A stretch of DNA of 64,000 nucleotides from Anolis carolinensis (lineage: Eukaryota), in the NCBI RefSeq assembly GCF_035594765.1, contig NW_026943822.1, positions 2,198,992 through 2,262,991 of the forward strand, written 5' to 3'. Both the position numbers and the translations under genes were made by a program. This document shows positions 59,753 through 64,000 of this stretch, piece by piece. Numbering within the stretch: position 1 is the first letter of the stretch; each line of letters opens with the position of its first letter. The notes under the pieces were generated by a model. It ran no database searches and was not told the origin of the DNA. It worked only from the letters and a program-made list of their open reading frames with translations.

Positions 59753-62700
59753 ATGGCCTCCCCCGGGCACCGGGACGCGCCGGAGCTGCCGGATTTCGGC
59801 CTCCTGAAGCGCCTGGCCCGGGACCAGCTGGTCTACCTCCTGGAGCAGGTGAGGAGAAAGGGAAAGGATCACCCCATTGGTTTGGGGGTGATGATTTGCA
59901 TTGCCTCCGTCTAGAGCAGGCCTGGGCCAACTTGGGCCTTCCCTTGAGTTGTTTTGGACTCCAACTCCCAGCATTCCTCACAGCCTCAGGCCCCTTCCTT
60001 TTCCCCCTCAGCCGCTTAAGCGGCTGAGGGGGAAAAGGAAAGGGCCTGAGGCTGTGAGGAATGCTGGGAGTTGGAGTCCAAAACACCTGGAGGGAGGGCC
60101 GAAGTTGGCCCAGGCCTGGTATTTTGGACTTCAACTCCCACAATTCCTAACAGCCCGCTGGTTGTTAATTGAAGTCCAAAACCCCTGGAGGAGGAGGGCC
60201 CAAGCTGGCCCAGGTCTGATTTATGACATAAGTACCCTTTGATTTAGGACGCTTTTACTCTGCCATATAAAATCCAGATTATTATTATTTACTACATTTA
60301 TATGCCGCTCTTCTCACTCCGAAGGGGACTCAGAGCGGCTTACGAATCAAGTGAACATACAATATATTATTAGCATAGCATTAAATTACTATATTGTACT
60401 ATATCATTACATACCGTGTTTCCCCGAAAATAAGACAGTGTCTTATATTAATTTTTGCTCCCAAAGATGCTCTAGGTCTTATTTTCAGGGGATGTCTTAT
60501 TTTTCCATGAAAAAGAATTCACATTTATTGTTCAACAAAAAAAAAGAACATTTATTATACAGTAGAGTCTCACTTATCCAACATAAACGGGCCGGCAGAA
60601 GCTTGGATAAGCAAATATCTTGGATAATAAGGAGGGATTGAGAAGAAGCCTATTAAACATCAAATTAGGTTATTATTTTACAAATTAAGCACCTAAACAT
60701 CATGTTATACAACAAATTTGACAGAAAAAGTAGTCCAATACACAGTAATGTTATGTTGTAATTACTGTATTTATGAATTAAGCACCAAAATATCACGATA
60801 TATTGAAAACATGGACTACAAAAATGGCTTGGATAATCCAGAGGCTTGGATAAGCGAAGCTTGGATTAGTGAGACTCTACTGTAGTTCAATACATAGCAA
60901 TGTTATGTTGTAATTACTGTATTTATGAATTTAGCACCAAAATATCACGATATATTGGAAACATTGACTACAAAAATGGCTTGGATTATCCAGAAGCTTG
61001 GATAAGTGAGACTCTACTGTATTAGCATAGTACAATATAAGCATTAAATTACTATATTGTACTATATCATTATATACCGTGTTTCCCCGAAAATAAGACA
61101 GTGTCTTATATTAATTTTTGCTCCCAAAGATGCTCTAGGTCTTATTTTCAGGGGATGTCTTATTTTTCCATGAAAAAGAATTCACATTTATTGTTGAACA
61201 AAATAAATGAACATTTATTATACAGTAGAGTCTCACTTATCCAACGTAAATGGGCCGGCAGAATGTTGGATAAGCGAATATGTTGGATAATATGTTGGAT
61301 AATATGTTGGATAATACGTTGGATAAGCGAATATGTTGGATATATTGAAAACATTGACTACAAAAATGGCTTGGATTATCCAGAAGCTTGGATAAGTGAG
61401 GCTTGGATAAGTGAGACCCTACTGTATTAGCATAGTACAATATAAGCATTAAATTACTATATTGTACTATATCATTATATTACGTGTTTCTCCGAAAATA
61501 AGACAGTGTCTTATATTAATTTTTGCTCCCAAAGATGCTCTAGGTCTTATTTTCAGGGGATGTCTTATTTTTCCATGAAAAAGAATTCACATTTATTGTT
61601 GAACAAAAAAAATGAACATTTATTATAGACTGTATAGTAGTTGTCATCACAAACCAGCATAACCAGACAAACTAAATCCTATCAAGAATTTCTTGTTACT
61701 ACCACTATTTCCCTGTACAACAATCTATGGTATGTACATTTACCGATCCTGCATGCTCTGGTGTTCTGTTCATTGGGCATGCTTCCAAACAAAAACTTTG
61801 CTAGGTCTTACTTTTGGGGGAGGCCTTATATTTAGCAATTCAGCAAAACTTCTACTAGGTCTTATTTTCTGGGGATGTCTTATTTTAGGGGAAACAGGGT
61901 AGTAATATTATTAGTAATAATAATATTACTATTATCATTATCATTATTAATTATTATTATTAGGAGAGCCCTGGTGGCGAAATGCGTTAAAGCGCTGAGC
62001 TGCTGAACTTGCAGACCGAAAGGTCCCAGGTTCAAACCCCAGGAGCGGCGTGAGCGGCCGCTGTTAGCTCCAGCTTCTGCCAACCTAGCAGTTCGAAAAC
62101 ATGCCAATGTGAGTAGATCAATAGGTACCACTCCGGTGGGAAAGTAATGGCGCTCCATGCAGTCATGGTGGCCACATGACCTTGGAGGTGTCTACGGACA
62201 ATGCTGGCTCTTTGGCTTAGAAATGGAGATGAGCACCAACCCCCAGAGTGTGAGTAGATCAATAGGTACCGCTCTGGCGGGAAGGTAACGGCGCTCCATG
62301 CAGTCATGCCAGTGGCCACATGACCTTGGAGGTGTCTACGGACAACGCTGGCTCTTCAGCTTAGAAATGGAGATGACCACCAACCCCCAGAGTCAGACAT
62401 GACTGGACTTAACATCAGGGAAACCTTATCCTGGCCTCACCTCTGACTTTCTCCCCCACAGCTCCCTGGAAAGAAGGACCTTTTCATCGAGGCCGACCTC
62501 ATGAGCCCCTTGGACCGCATCGCCAACGTCTCCATCCTCAAGGTGGTTGTTTATTATGTTTTCCTCATAACTAAAGGAGAGTGCAGTGCAGGAGATGGAG
62601 CTACTCATTTTCCGGTGTCTTTTCTTTGCATAGCAACACGAAGTGGACAAGCTCTACAAAGTGGAGAGCAAGCCAGCCCACAGCAACAGTGACCAGTGAG

Positions 62701-62838
62701 TGATCGGAAACAGGGTCACCAAGAAGGGTGGGGGTCCTCTCACAATTCTCTTGCCACTTTCACTATCTGTTTGTATCTTTCCCGAAAGATTGTGCTTTTT
62801 GATCCGGCCGCGAATCAAGACTGTGAAATATGTGGCAG
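59753..62838 (+). CDS. VPS33B: Vacuolar protein sorting 33B, 5' part. Exons 59753-59848, 62462-62542, 62634-62695, 62789-62838 (continues beyond window)
   Basis: [70 protein letters not shown].../[10 protein letters not shown]. Confidence 0.96.
61962..62428 (+). mobile_element. Sauria SINE with internal duplication
   Basis: tRNA-like head GTGGCG..GGTTCAAACC, body GTGAGTAGATCAATAGGTACC..GGCTTAGAAATGGAGATGAGCACC, ACCTT tail. Confidence 0.85.
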
Positions 62839-63882
62839 GTGAGCGGAGCAATCATAATAAAAATAATTATTATTATGTTTATGTATATCCCACTTTTTCT
62901 CTCCATATGGAGACTCAAAGCAGCTCACAACTAAAGCATTGCAATGCAACTTAAATTATACAAATATACAAGTATTAAAACAGCATTGAACATCATTAAG
63001 AGCATTTAAAATCACAGCAGCCCCTGACAATCTTAAAAACCTTCTTGAAAAGCCTGCCTGAATAAAAAGGTAGCTGCAAGTGATGTAGCTCCTGCGAGAG
63101 TTGGTTTTGTATTAGGGCCCTTCCAGACAGGCCCTATATCCCAGGATCTGTTCCCAGGTTTTCTGCTTTAAACTGGAATTATATGAGTCCGCATTGCTAG
63201 ATAATCTGGGATAAACAAAAAACCTTGGGTCAGATCCTGGGATATTGGGCCTGTTTGAAAGTCTATTGCAGGCATGCTCAAACTGCAGCAATACTTGCAG
63301 TTGCAAATTATGTAGCTCCTGCTAGAGCAGTGGTTCTCAACCTGTAGGTCCCCAGATGTTTTGGCCTTCTACTCCCAGAAATCCTAACAGCTAGTAAACC
63401 AAAACATCTAGGAACCAACAGGTTGAGAACCACTGTGCTAGAGTCAAGCTTTAAAAGTTATGAAACCCTTAATTCAAAGAAATACATTTCTATATAGGAA
63501 AGTTAGGGCCTAACTATATGTCTCTCTGAAGCAGACATCTTGTGTCGCCCCATGCTCACAAGAGAAGAACAAAAAGGAGGATTCGGGGCTTGCCATGTGG
63601 CTGGATACTTTTAATAAAAAAAGGCGTCTCCCTTAGAAGTATCAGTCTCACAAACAGAAAAATTGGAGGAGAGAATAGAGGGAGAGGCAGACAAAGAGGA
63701 AGGGCTTTTCCTACCAGCTGAACTCCCTATCTCCTTTTTGAGGACTATAAACTTGTGCAGGATGTGTTTGAGTTCCATCAAACAGAAGCACAGATTGACT
63801 TTTTTTAATCAAAGAGGAAATGGAAGACTGTGTTCTTTGCTTCCTAAGAGGGAAAAAATCATGACAAAGGCTGGAGATAGAA

Positions 63883-63933
<51 letters not shown>

Positions 63934-64000
63934 TTTTATTTTATTTTATTTTATTTTATTTTATTTTATTTCTTACCTGCCTCTCCTCGTGGCTTGAGGC

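Noticed and set aside
61962-62045. tRNA-like sequence
   Set aside because: Head of a Sauria SINE, not a tRNA gene

Overview
Vertebrate genomic DNA from a squamate reptile, most likely an Anolis-type lizard (Sauria SINEs, Dong/R4, Vingi, CR1, L2, Penelope, Helitron, hAT and Tc1/mariner MITEs). It covers the block syntenic with human 15q26.1. Genes were reconstructed by hand from splice sites and recalled protein similarity: 3' half of SEMA4B (+), CIB1 (-, exon 4 cut by an N gap), GDPGP1 (+, single coding exon, head-to-head with CIB1), an intact 13-coding-exon TTLL13 (+), a compact NGRN (+), HDDC3/MESH1 (+) and the first four exons of VPS33B (+). Introns and intergenic DNA are dense with transposons. 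Most notable observations: (1) one palindromic hAT-type MITE family carrying ZNF143/THAP11-like motifs lies in intron 1 of all five + strand genes whose 5' end is in the window; (2) Penelope-derived minimal hammerhead ribozyme motifs, one in sense orientation in NGRN intron 1; (3) a TA-targeting MITE that repeatedly sits at tandem-duplication junctions and has seeded a 105/120-bp satellite by nested self-insertion; (4) Helitrons carrying an RFX X-box around the TTLL13 and VPS33B promoters; (5) two GC-AG introns; (6) a DNA-level partial TTLL13 duplicate interrupted by a solo LTR. No database search was run. Family names rest on recalled diagnostic motifs.
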